DNA of 34,624 nucleotides from an uncultured Clostridia bacterium. Lineage in GTDB: Bacteria > Bacillota > Clostridia > Oscillospirales > Oscillospiraceae. Below, piece after piece: positions 17,633 through 28,773 of the stretch; positions within the stretch are counted from its first letter, which is position 1, and each line of letters starts with the position of its first letter. The stretch spans positions 1 through 34,624 of the forward strand of contig CAMHER010000001.1 in assembly GCA_946184215.1 (NCBI GenBank). Reading direction: 5' to 3'. Under the pieces are notes generated by a model that was not told the DNA's origin, searched no databases, and worked only from the letters and a program-made list of their open reading frames with translations. Position numbers and translations under genes: made by a program.

Positions 17633-19129
17633 ATGGAAATTGAATTTACCAAGCAAATGGTCCCTTGCTGTCGCAGATGCTTTCGACAGGCAAAGATAAT
17701 CACGGATCACGTGGACTGCGTCGTGCCCGATGTGTTGGAAGACATCGGTAAAATTGCCTTCTCTGATGCCCAGCTTCTTTTGAAAGGAAAGGAGATGACG
17801 CCTTCCGGAGCCAGGGTTTCGGCCAGCATGGAAGCCGCCGTCTTTTACATTTCCGATTCGCTCGATAAAGTCAGATGCATAAAGCTTACAAAAGATTTTT
17901 CGGCAGAGTTTGAGAGTGATGAAATCACGCCGGAATCCTATTTGCTTTCTTCCTTGACCCTGCAGGGCCTTCAACCGAGGATCGTGAACGCTAGAAAGAT
18001 CTCCGTTCAGTTTTCGGCCGAGGTGCTGCTGGATGCCTGGAGGGAAGATCAGCTTCCCGCGGTCATAAGCGCAGGAGTAAACGAGGGCTGTGCACTGCAG
18101 CTGCTCGAAGGGGAATCGGATTGCATCTCCATGGCGGAAATCACAGAAAAGAGTTTTGTTATTTCCGAGCAGCTCCCGCTGGCAGAAGAACAGGACGGCC
18201 CTGTGAGCCTTATTTGTTCAAACGCGAAGCTGCTTTATACCGATCATCAGATGATTGGGAGCAAGGTCCTTCTGAAGGGAGGTGCGGAGTTCCGCTTCGG
18301 ATATGAAACGGACAGTTCTTCTTATCCCCGCTTTTCCGAGCAGTGCGTTTCGTTCAGCGTCCTGATCGATGCGCCGGGGGAGGAGACGAAAATGAGCAGG
18401 CTGATCCTCCAGCCGACTGCTTTGTATGCGAACCTCGGCGATGCGATCAACGGAGGACATGTCGTGGAAATGGAACTGCACGCCGTGGCACAAGTCGGCT
18501 TCAGCCAAACACAGAAGCTGCATTATATTACCGACGCATACAGCACGCGATTCCCGCTTCGGTGTCTGGAAGAGAGCCGGGAAATCTGCCGCAGCCGAAC
18601 CACGGAATACTGCACGGTTTCAGCCGAGGAGAAAAGCGAATACGAGGGACAGATTTCCGCCATCGCGGCGCAGCATGCAGAGATCCTTTCCAGTACGATT
18701 CGTGACGGTAAAGGGATTGCTTCTGCTGTCGTCAGCGCGGTTGTTCAAACAGAAGACGGAACGCTCGGTTATGTCCAGAAGCTGCTGACCTTTGAGTCTG
18801 CATTGCCTTGCGCATGCTGCGAGATCAGCTCCCTTCAAATGCTTTCATTTGATGTCAAAGCCGAAGAAACTGAGCTTCTGTTTTCTGCGGAGCTTCAGTT
18901 TGTGTTTCTGACAAACGAAAGCGGGGAAGTGCGCTATGTAAGGGCGGTTGAGATCGATACGGAAACCCCGTTTCCTTTGTCCGCCCGCCCGGCGCTGGTA
19001 GTTGTTCGAAGAAAGGATCGTTCTCTATGGAGTATGGCGAAACAATATGGCTCCAGCATGGAGGCGATAGAAGCATTGAGCAAAAAATATGAGCTGCCGC
19101 CTGATCTGCTGCTGATTCCAAAGATTTGA
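17633..19129 (+). CDS. sipL: SipL-like spore coat morphogenetic protein (DUF3794-type body with C-terminal LysM-like domain)
   Basis: 498 aa. The C-terminal segment VVVRRKDRSLWSMAKQYGSSMEAIEALSKKYELPPDLLLIPK fits the LysM pattern. The size and architecture match Clostridium SipL, and a GGGGAGAG RBS is present. Confidence 0.65.
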   Translation: MEIEFTKQMVPCCRRCFRQAKIITDHVDCVVPDVLEDIGKIAFSDAQLLLKGKEMTPSGARVSASMEAAVFYISDSLDKVRCIKLTKDFSAEFESDEITPESYLLSSLTLQGLQPRIVNARKISVQFSAEVLLDAWREDQLPAVISAGVNEGCALQLLEGESDCISMAEITEKSFVISEQLPLAEEQDGPVSLICSNAKLLYTDHQMIGSKVLLKGGAEFRFGYETDSSSYPRFSEQCVSFSVLIDAPGEETKMSRLILQPTALYANLGDAINGGHVVEMELHAVAQVGFSQTQKLHYITDAYSTRFPLRCLEESREICRSRTTEYCTVSAEEKSEYEGQISAIAAQHAEILSSTIRDGKGIASAVVSAVVQTEDGTLGYVQKLLTFESALPCACCEISSLQMLSFDVKAEETELLFSAELQFVFLTNESGEVRYVRAVEIDTETPFPLSARPALVVVRRKDRSLWSMAKQYGSSMEAIEALSKKYELPPDLLLIPKI

Positions 19130-19186
19130 AGCCGGATTACAACTTCTGCCTATATAGTCCAATTGCCGGAGGCAGGAAAATAACAC

Positions 19187-19215
19187 TTGTCATAAAAGCT
19201 ATGTTGTGCTAAACT
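19187..19215 (+). promoter_or_regulatory. Sigma-A type promoter upstream of yebC
   Basis: TTGTCA (19187-19192), 17-bp spacer ending in TGC, TAAACT (19210-19215). Confidence 0.45.
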
Positions 19216-19273
19216 TATTGCCGAAAAATCTTCCGATAATTCGGGATATGTGACATAGAAGGGACGAAGAGAC

Positions 19274-20014
19274 ATGTCAGGACATTCCAAATGGCACAAC
19301 ATACAGAAAACAAAGGGCGCAGCTGACGCCAAGCGCGCGCAGGCTTTTACAAAGATCGCGCGTGAGATGGTCGTTGCGGTCAAAGAGGGCGGCAGCGGCG
19401 ATCCCCGCAGCAACTCCAAGCTTGCTGCCGTTATCGCAAAAGCCAAAGCGGCGAATATGCCCAATGATAACATCAAGCGCACCATCGATAAGGCGCTGGG
19501 TTCCGGGAATACCGAAAACTATGAAAAGATCACCTATGAAGGCTATGGCCCCCAGGGCGTGGCCGTCATTGTTGAGACCATGACGGATAACCGCAACCGC
19601 ACGGCCGGTGAGATCCGCCATTATTTCGACAAGTATAACGGAAACATGGGCACTGCCAACTGCGTTTCCTGGTCCTTCGACCGCAAGGGCGTTATCGTGA
19701 TCGATAATGAAGATGAAGAGCTTGACGAGGATACCGTCATGATGGACGCGCTGGATGCCGGTGCTGCCGACTTTGAGGCGGAGGATCTTGTCTATAATGT
19801 CTACACGGCCGAGGACGATATTGCCGCCGTTGCCGATGCGCTGACTGCCAAGGGTTACACGCTCCTCTCGGCCCAGGTCGAGATGCTGCCGCAGAACGGC
19901 TATATTAAGCTGACAAACGAAGACGATATCAAGAACATGCAGAAGATGCTCGACATGTTCGAAGACAATGACGATGTCCAGAACGTCTGGCATAACTGGG
20001 AAGACGCGGAATAA
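19274..20014 (+). CDS. yebC: YebC/PmpR-family DNA-binding/translation-associated protein
   Basis: The MSGHSKWHNIQKTKGAADAKRAQAFTKIAREM N-terminus is diagnostic; 246 aa. Confidence 0.95.
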   Translation: MSGHSKWHNIQKTKGAADAKRAQAFTKIAREMVVAVKEGGSGDPRSNSKLAAVIAKAKAANMPNDNIKRTIDKALGSGNTENYEKITYEGYGPQGVAVIVETMTDNRNRTAGEIRHYFDKYNGNMGTANCVSWSFDRKGVIVIDNEDEELDEDTVMMDALDAGAADFEAEDLVYNVYTAEDDIAAVADALTAKGYTLLSAQVEMLPQNGYIKLTNEDDIKNMQKMLDMFEDNDDVQNVWHNWEDAE

Positions 20015-20027
20015 GATATACTATCAT

Positions 20028-20067
20028 GCCCTCCTGCCGCCATTGGCCGCGGGAGGGCTTTTCTGTT
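20028..20067 (+). terminator. Probable intrinsic terminator after yebC
   Basis: GCCCTCC (20028-20034) pairs with GGAGGGC (20052-20058). The inner stem is GC-rich but imperfect, and TTTTCTGTT follows. Confidence 0.5.
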
Positions 20068-20082
20068 AAAGAAGACTATGAT

Positions 20083-20700
20083 ATGAAAATACTTATGACT
20101 GCCTTTGAGCCATTTGGCAAGGATAATATGAATTCATCGCTTGAAGTACTGAAAAGAATAGTGCCGCCCGATGGAATCGACCTTATTCGTCTCCAGGTCC
20201 CGACTGTTTTCACTTTAGCCGGAGAGACTGTCATGCAATGCGTGGAGAAAGAGCGACCGGCCTGTGTTATCTGCCTTGGGCAGGCCGCCGGGCGCAGCGC
20301 CGTCACGCCTGAGCGAGTGGCGATCAATTTGCGTGATGCGTCGATACCGGATAATGCCGGCCGCCAGCCGACGGATGAACCGATCGTTTCAGGCGGCCCC
20401 GCGGCAATCTTTGCAACGCTTCCGATCAAAAAAATGGTCTCTGCTGCCAAAGCGGCCGGGTTGGAGGCTGCGGTTTCCAACACCGCCGGAACTTTTGTCT
20501 GCAACGATCTGATGTACTCGCTTCTTTATTCATTGGAAAAAGATTATCCCGGAATCAAAGGAGGATTCATCCATGTACCGGCTTGCCGCAGCGAAGACGG
20601 CTCGCCCGAACGATCCGCCATGACGCTCGACTCTGCCGTGTTGACAATCGAAAGCATGCTCAAGGCGATTCAGGAAAACGATACCGGGATGCGAGAATGA
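20083..20700 (+). CDS. pcp: Pyroglutamyl-peptidase I (pyrrolidone-carboxylate peptidase)
   Basis: MKILMTAFEPFG N-terminus, catalytic AGTFVCNDLMY cysteine and GFIHVP histidine motifs. Confidence 0.9.
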   Translation: MKILMTAFEPFGKDNMNSSLEVLKRIVPPDGIDLIRLQVPTVFTLAGETVMQCVEKERPACVICLGQAAGRSAVTPERVAINLRDASIPDNAGRQPTDEPIVSGGPAAIFATLPIKKMVSAAKAAGLEAAVSNTAGTFVCNDLMYSLLYSLEKDYPGIKGGFIHVPACRSEDGSPERSAMTLDSAVLTIESMLKAIQENDTGMRE

Positions 20701-20723
20701 CAGCTTGCTTATAATACAAAAGA

Positions 20724-20753
20724 ACAGCCCTCGTCGAAAGCGACGAGGGCTGT
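20724..20753 (-). terminator. Intrinsic terminator of rnpB (hairpin shared with the convergent pcp)
   Basis: Perfect 13-bp stem ACAGCCCTCGTCG / CGACGAGGGCTGT with loop AAAG. On the minus strand it is followed by TCTTTTGTATT. Confidence 0.7.
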
Positions 20754-20756
20754 ATC

Positions 20757-21110
20757 ATATGAGCAGATCTGTAAGCCGGGTTCTGTCTTAAACGACCATC
20801 TATCTAGGCCTGCCGTTGCCGACAGGCTCAAGCCACCTCCTGAGAGCGGCCGGGCCGGCCTATATGCTCTCCCACGGTGTTGCTCCGGATAGAGTTTACA
20901 GCACCGACATGTCTCCATGCGGTGGGTGGGCTCTTACCCCACCTTTCCACCTTTTCCCTGCGAAAATCCGCAAGGTAGTTTATTTCTGTTGCACTTGTCC
21001 GAGGGTCACCCCTGGCGGGCGTTACCCGTTATCCTTGCCCTATGGAGCCCGGACTTTCCTCATGTACAGCCTTTCGCCTTGTACCCGCGGTCGTTCGGTC
21101 TGCTCACGGG
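20757..21110 (-). ncRNA. rnpB: RNase P RNA (bacterial ribozyme M1-type)
   Basis: The minus strand carries GAGGAAAGTCCGGGCTCC (reverse complement of 21044-21061) and ACAGAACCCGGCTTA (reverse complement of about 20772-20786), the two P4 strands, plus GGGTAACGCCC and GGTAAGAGCCCACC motifs. A P1 helix GTGAGCAGA/TCTGCTCAT joins the ends; length is about 350 nt. Ends are approximate. Confidence 0.88.
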
Positions 21111-21114
21111 GCTT

Positions 21115-21143
21115 ATTTTATCCAAACGGTGGCGTCAAGTCAA
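21115..21143 (-). promoter_or_regulatory. Sigma-A promoter of rnpB
   Basis: On the minus strand: TTGACT (21143-21138), 17-bp spacer, TAAAAT (21120-21115). It lies about 7 nt upstream of the inferred P1 5' end. Confidence 0.55.
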
Positions 21144-21194
21144 TAATAATCTTGTATTTGCAGCGCAAAAGTCTTATAATTTTCCTGTTATGAG

Positions 21195-22584
21195 GTGATT
21201 ACTTTGACGCTTTCAGAATATGTTTTATCCATTCAGGATAAGCGAATCGCCGTGATCGGCGCCGGAGTCAGCAATATGCCGCTGATTCGATTACTGCTGA
21301 AATACAACTGCCATGTTACGGTCTGTGATAAGCGAAGCTACGAGGAGCTTGGCATAGAGGGAGAGGAGCTTTCCTCTCTTCAAGCTGCGCTGAAACTGGG
21401 CGAAGATTATCTGGAGGGCTTGGATCAGGACGTGATCTTTCGCACGCCGGGCCTGATGCCCTTTGATCCACATCTGGAGGCCGCGCGGGAGAAGGGTAGC
21501 CTTGTTACATCGGAGATGGAGGTGTTCTTCCGCCTGTGTCCCTGCCGGATTATTGCCATTACGGGCAGCGACGGAAAAACAACTACGTCCACGATCATTT
21601 CCGAGCTGTTGAAAGCAGCCGGCTATACGGTTCATCTTGGCGGAAACATCGGCCGCCCGCTTTTATGTGACGTGCCTGAGATGAAGGAAAGCGATATCGT
21701 AGTATTGGAGCTGAGCTCCTTTCAGCTGCACAGCATGTCCTGCCGGCCGGATGTCGCTGTTATTACGAATATTTCGCCCAACCATCTGGACAAGCACAAG
21801 GATTATCAGGACTATATCGATGCCAAGATGTCAATTTTCGCGCAGCAGAGAAAGGGCGATAAACTTGTTTTGAATCTCGATGATGAACACTCGCCGTATT
21901 ATGCTTCCGCCGCCAAATCGAACATCGTTTATTTCTCCGATATGTCAAAAGTCGAAGAGGGGGCATACTGTCTCAATGGCGAATTGTTCCGCGCCCATGA
22001 CGGCATGGCGCGCAAGATCATGGATGCCTCTGACATCCGGATCCCCGGCGAGCACAATGTACTGAATTATCTGACGGCCTTCTGCGCCACCGACGGTCTC
22101 GTGGAGGATGAGATCTGCCGCAAGGTCGCCATGAGCTTTGGCGGCGTCGAGCACAGGCTTGAGCAGGTGCGTACACTTGACGGCGTACTGTTTATCAACG
22201 ACTCGATCGCTTCAAGCCCGAGCCGTACGGCGGCCGGTCTGCGCGCCATGAAGAAAAAACCGATCATTATCGTCGGCGGCTATGATAAGCATATCGCCTT
22301 TGACGGGCTTGGCGATGATTTGTGCCGATTTGCCAAACGTGTCTTCATTACCGGGCACACGGCGGAAAAGATCAAAGCAGCGATCCTGAATTCCAAACTG
22401 TACGATACCAGCCCTGTGCCGTTTGAAATGATCGATGACTTCAAGCAGTCTGTTCTTGCTGCTGCCCGCGCGGCAGAGGACGGGGATATCGTTCTTCTCT
22501 CTCCGGCCTGCGCATCCTTCGATCATTTCAAAAACTTTGCTGAGCGGGGCAATACCTTTAAAAGAATCGTCATGGAGCTGAAAG

Positions 22585-22610
<26 letters not shown>
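21195..22610 (+). CDS. murD: UDP-N-acetylmuramoyl-L-alanine--D-glutamate ligase
   Basis: Rossmann motif IAVIGAGVSN, Mur ligase P-loop ITGSDGKTTTST, and NISPNHLDKH. The track start is GTG 21195; TTG 21204 has a better GAGGTG RBS. Confidence 0.88.
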
Positions 22611-25828
<3,218 letters not shown>

Positions 25829-25841
25829 CATTTCTCAAAAA

Positions 25842-25880
25842 GTTTCCCGCAGAGAATACGCTCTGCGGGAAACTTTTTTT
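25842..25880 (+). terminator. Intrinsic terminator after ligA
   Basis: Perfect 13-bp stem GTTTCCCGCAGAG / CTCTGCGGGAAAC followed by TTTTTTT. Confidence 0.85.
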
Positions 25881-25941
25881 CTGTGACAGACATAGTATGG
25901 ACTGAGCAAACGCTCTACTCTTGTTTTCTGGAGGAATCACC

Positions 25942-26382
25942 TTGGATAACAATCCAAACTATGATTATAAGTTCGGAACGCTTCCTGTACGGGCTCCGCT
26001 TGCCTCTGCCTACGTCCCAATGCAGGAGAGTGTCGAGCCGAATTACGAGCCACAGACGGCGATCGCACGCGGAACATTGTTTCCCGGGCTGGATCTGCCG
26101 TTCCTAGGAATGGTAAACAACCCTTTGCCTGCCACGCCGCTCGGCGAATTGATGGCAATCGATTTTGTGGCTGATGAACTGTCTTTATATCTTGATACAC
26201 ACAAAGATGACAGGGAAGCCTTTGAGCAGTATCAATCGGTTCTTGCTCTCTCCCGAGAAGCGCACAAGCGTTATGTTGAGACCTGTGGCCCGCTGACTAA
26301 GGCGGATATGCTCGGCATGAAGAAATACACCTGGCTGAATGATCCGTGGCCTTGGGAAAAACGCACGGAGAGGGAGGCATAA
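25942..26382 (+). CDS. cotJA/cotJB: Fused spore coat-associated proteins CotJA-CotJB (single ORF)
   Basis: The N-terminal half PLASAYVPMQ...ARGTLFPGLDLPF is the CotJA signature. The C-terminal half LMAIDFVADELSLYLDTHKDDREA...GPLT...DPWPWE is the CotJB signature. No stop codon separates them. I prefer TTG 25942 with a GGAGGA RBS; the track start is TTG 25921. Confidence 0.7.
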   Translation: MDNNPNYDYKFGTLPVRAPLASAYVPMQESVEPNYEPQTAIARGTLFPGLDLPFLGMVNNPLPATPLGELMAIDFVADELSLYLDTHKDDREAFEQYQSVLALSREAHKRYVETCGPLTKADMLGMKKYTWLNDPWPWEKRTEREA

Positions 26383-26383
26383 T

Positions 26384-26977
26384 ATGTTTGTATACGAAAA
26401 AAAGCTGCAGTATCCGGTCAAAATAAAGAATACAAATCCTGCGCTGGCAAAATTCATTATTTCACAGTACGGAGGCCCGGACGGTGAACTCGGTGCTTCC
26501 ATGCGCTATCTCAGCCAGCGCTTTTCCATGCCTTATCCGGAATTGAAGGGATTGCTGACGGATATCGGTACAGAAGAGCTTGGACATCTGGAAATGGTCG
26601 GAACGATCCTCTATCAGCTTACACGCGACATGACGCCGGAAGAAATCAAAAAGGCCGGCTTCGACCTTTATTTTGTCGATCACACGTCCGGCGTATATCC
26701 GACCTCGGCCTCCGGCACACCGTGGACGGCAGCCTATATCGGCGTAAAGGGAGATGTAATCGCGGACCTGAACGAAGATATGGGAGCCGAGCAGAAAGCG
26801 CGAGTGACCTACGATAACATTCTGCGCTTGAGCGATGATCCGGATGTGAATAATGTCATTAAATATCTTCGAGAACGGGAAATCGTTCATTATCAGCGCT
26901 TCGGCGAAGCTTTGCGGCGCACGCTCGACAGGCTGGATGAAAAAAACGTCTACGCGTTCAACCCCTCATTCCAATAA
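26384..26977 (+). CDS. cotJC: Spore coat protein CotJC (manganese catalase family)
   Basis: MFVYEKKLQYPVKI...ISQYGGPDGELGASMRYLSQRF...EELGHLEMV are ferritin-like Mn-catalase/CotJC motifs. ATG 26384 has a GAGGGAGG RBS and lies directly after the cotJAB stop. Confidence 0.9.
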   Translation: MFVYEKKLQYPVKIKNTNPALAKFIISQYGGPDGELGASMRYLSQRFSMPYPELKGLLTDIGTEELGHLEMVGTILYQLTRDMTPEEIKKAGFDLYFVDHTSGVYPTSASGTPWTAAYIGVKGDVIADLNEDMGAEQKARVTYDNILRLSDDPDVNNVIKYLREREIVHYQRFGEALRRTLDRLDEKNVYAFNPSFQ

Positions 26978-26989
26978 TGATTATATGAT

Positions 26990-27160
26990 GGCGAAAAGCG
27001 AAAAAGCTTTTCGCCGCGCAGCGAAGCTAGGCAGCAAAACAGCCTTGCTGTTTTGCCATATACTCATTGCAATGAGCATCGGGCGAATGATTTTTAGAAT
27101 CATTCGCTGCCAAACTTGTCGTTTGGCAGCGAAATCAATCGAATCCTCGATTGATTTCGC
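26990..27160. repeat. Chain of six contiguous perfect inverted repeats (hairpin array) in the cotJC/transporter convergent spacer
   Basis: H1 26990-27015, H2 27034-27056, H3 27063-27076, H4 27083-27107, H5 27106-27130, H6 27129-27160. Arms are 7 to 14 nt (H3 is a 14-nt palindrome, CTCATTG/CAATGAG) and all pair by Watson-Crick bases with no mismatch. The five hairpins with distinct loops have 4-6 nt loops. I verified all six base by base. Confidence 0.8.
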
Positions 27161-27188
27161 CATCCGATGATCATTATAAACCAATAAA

Positions 27189-27223
27189 AAGAAATGGGCT
27201 GTATAGGATACAGCCCATTTCTT
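27189..27223 (-). terminator. Intrinsic terminator of the GPH transporter gene
   Basis: Perfect 15-bp stem AAGAAATGGGCTGTA / TACAGCCCATTTCTT with loop TAGGA. On the minus strand it is followed by TTTTTATTGG. Confidence 0.8.
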
Positions 27224-27238
27224 GCTTATAATGCGGTC

Positions 27239-28684
27239 TTATTTGTTTTCGGCTTTCTTTGCCTTGACCTGCTCCGCAATTTCATGGACACGTTCATCGG
27301 TCAGCGTAAATCTCTTCTTGAAATAGAAGATGGCGACCGTAAGTCCGATCACGGGAATGATCGTCATGGTCATGCGCAAACCGGCCTTGCTTGCCGCGGA
27401 AACACCGAGAGACCAGTCAACAAGCTTGTCCGCTTCCGAGACTTCGGTACCAGCCTGCAGGTGGTTGATGCTCAGACAGATGGAAGCGACCAGCGCGGCA
27501 ACGCCGGAGGCGAGCTTAACAACAAAGGTCTGCATGGAGAAAATGACGCTTTCATCACGGCGATTGTTTTTCAACTCGCCGTAGTCGACTGTGTTCGCAA
27601 GAAATACAGTTGTAATAACGGTCAGCATGCCGTTGGCAGCAAAAATGAAGAACGCAGGGATGAAGAGAAGAAAGACGCTGCTCATGCTGGTAAAGGCCAG
27701 AATCAACAACACGGCATAGCCGATGATCGCCATGGCAAGGCAAATGTAAAAGATCTGAAGAGAGGTATATTTCTTACGCAGGAGAGGATAGAAGGCCATC
27801 ATGGAGAGAACCTGGATCGCACCGCCGAACATGTTGAAAAGAACATAGGCGTCGTTCCATCCCGTTGTTCCAAAGTCATACTTGAAGAAGTAAATCACAA
27901 GATTCGATGTAATGTAGATCGAGCAGTTGATCAAAACGATCGCAATTGTGACGGTCATCGCCTGATCGTTTTGGATCAGCGCCTTGAACATCTGGCCGAC
28001 AGAGACGGTCTCCATCTCGGCGGTGGACTTCTCCTTAACATTCACACAGGTCAGAACGGTGAAGAGGATAAAGAAGAAAGCGATCACGATCGAGAAATAC
28101 TTGAATCCGACGATTTCGATCATCTTTGCTCCCGCTTCGGAGCCTGCAAACATGTTGCCAAGCATCGGGACAAGCATCATCGTAAAGACCGTGACGATCG
28201 CACTGCCGACACCGGCGCTGGTGCGGGCAATGGTCGTTAGTCCTTCTCGTTCTTTTCCGCCCTCGGTAAAGGCAGGGATCATGGACCAGTAGGGGATATC
28301 CATCATTGTATAGGTGACGCCCCAAAGGATATAGGTCACGGCAGCATAGGCGACAAGACCGGATGCGTCAAGCTTCGGAGGAGCGGCAAACATCAGGACC
28401 AGCACAACGGCATTCGTCAGCGTACCGATCAGAAGCCAGGGACGAAATTTACCCCAACGTGTCCTGGTTTTCGCGACAATCACACCCATAATGGGATCGT
28501 TGAAGGCATCGAATACACGTGCAGCCATCAGAATAATGCCCATCGCGATGGCATTGACGCCGAGCAGATCCTGAAAATAGTAGAGAACGTAACTGGCAGA
28601 AAGCATGTAGACCATGTCTTTTCCGACCGCGCCAAGTGCATAGGAGATTTTCGACTTCAACGGGAGACTTTGTTTCTGTTCCAT
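27239..28684 (-). CDS. Glycoside-pentoside-hexuronide (GPH):cation symporter family (MFS) transporter
   Basis: About 12 TM helices. The N-terminus KISYALGAVGKDMVYMLSASYVLYYFQDLLGV and the DAFNDPIMG motif are typical of the MelB/XynP/YicJ family. I prefer ATG 28684; the track start is GTG 28696. Confidence 0.85.
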   Translation of the reverse strand: MEQKQSLPLKSKISYALGAVGKDMVYMLSASYVLYYFQDLLGVNAIAMGIILMAARVFDAFNDPIMGVIVAKTRTRWGKFRPWLLIGTLTNAVVLVLMFAAPPKLDASGLVAYAAVTYILWGVTYTMMDIPYWSMIPAFTEGGKEREGLTTIARTSAGVGSAIVTVFTMMLVPMLGNMFAGSEAGAKMIEIVGFKYFSIVIAFFFILFTVLTCVNVKEKSTAEMETVSVGQMFKALIQNDQAMTVTIAIVLINCSIYITSNLVIYFFKYDFGTTGWNDAYVLFNMFGGAIQVLSMMAFYPLLRKKYTSLQIFYICLAMAIIGYAVLLILAFTSMSSVFLLFIPAFFIFAANGMLTVITTVFLANTVDYGELKNNRRDESVIFSMQTFVVKLASGVAALVASICLSINHLQAGTEVSEADKLVDWSLGVSAASKAGLRMTMTIIPVIGLTVAIFYFKKRFTLTDERVHEIAEQVKAKKAENK

Positions 28685-28726
28685 ATTAAAGCTCACTTTC
28701 CTGTTATTTTCCGTGACTATATGAAC

Positions 28727-28755
28727 AGTATAGCGTAACTACCCCTTTTTTTCAA
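28727..28755 (-). promoter_or_regulatory. Sigma-A promoter of the transporter gene
   Basis: On the minus strand: TTGAAA (28755-28750), 17-bp spacer, TATACT (28732-28727). Confidence 0.5.
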
Positions 28756-28773
28756 TCGTATGAGAAGATTTCT

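Noticed and set aside
17225-17703. Track ORFs 17252-17455 (+), 17225-17491 (-) and 17503-17703 (-) in the rsgA-sipL spacer
   Set aside because: They have no RBS, and one starts inside the terminator loop. Their composition is Arg/Cys-rich and odd. They conflict with the better-supported 50-codon ORF and the 26-codon spoVM, both on the plus strand.
20709-21198. Track ORFs 20709-20918 (-), 20816-21193 (+) and 20917-21198 (+)
   Set aside because: They lie entirely within the RNase P RNA gene and its promoter. Both P4 strands and a closing P1 helix are present, so the region is explained by rnpB.
25872-25899. A possible mother-cell promoter for cotJ: AC-N17-CATAGTATG (sigma-K-like), or CATAGTAT as a sigma-E -10
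   Set aside because: Only the CATA core fits. The sigma-E -35 positions read AAACTTT, and the sigma-K -10 ends in TG rather than TA. The match is too weak to list as a feature without transcript mapping.
25883-26107. 74-aa plus-strand ORF overlapping the start of cotJA in another frame
   Set aside because: It has no RBS and an Arg/Ser/Cys-rich translation with no motif. The overlapping frame carries clear CotJA motifs.
26853-27184. Track ORFs 26853-27170 (+) and 26981-27184 (-) across the hairpin array
   Set aside because: They give mirror-image translations created by the palindromes. There is no RBS, and the plus-strand ORF overlaps the cotJC 3' end out of frame.
27194-28240. 348-aa plus-strand ORF antisense to the GPH transporter. 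Similar long antisense ORFs occur at 974-1630, 7295-7948, 10006-10731, 10517-11536, 11503-12390, 13252-13833, 16440-17027 and 19277-19993.
   Set aside because: For the three I checked (27194-28240, 10517-11536, 19277-19993) the antisense codons are in exact register with the sense codons. In that register an antisense stop arises only where the sense gene uses TTA, CTA or TCA, which this genome evidently avoids. I assume the others follow the same pattern. The translations are low-complexity (Arg/Gly/His/Asp-rich) with no RBS or recognisable motifs, while the sense genes are unambiguous. I treat them as a codon-usage artefact.
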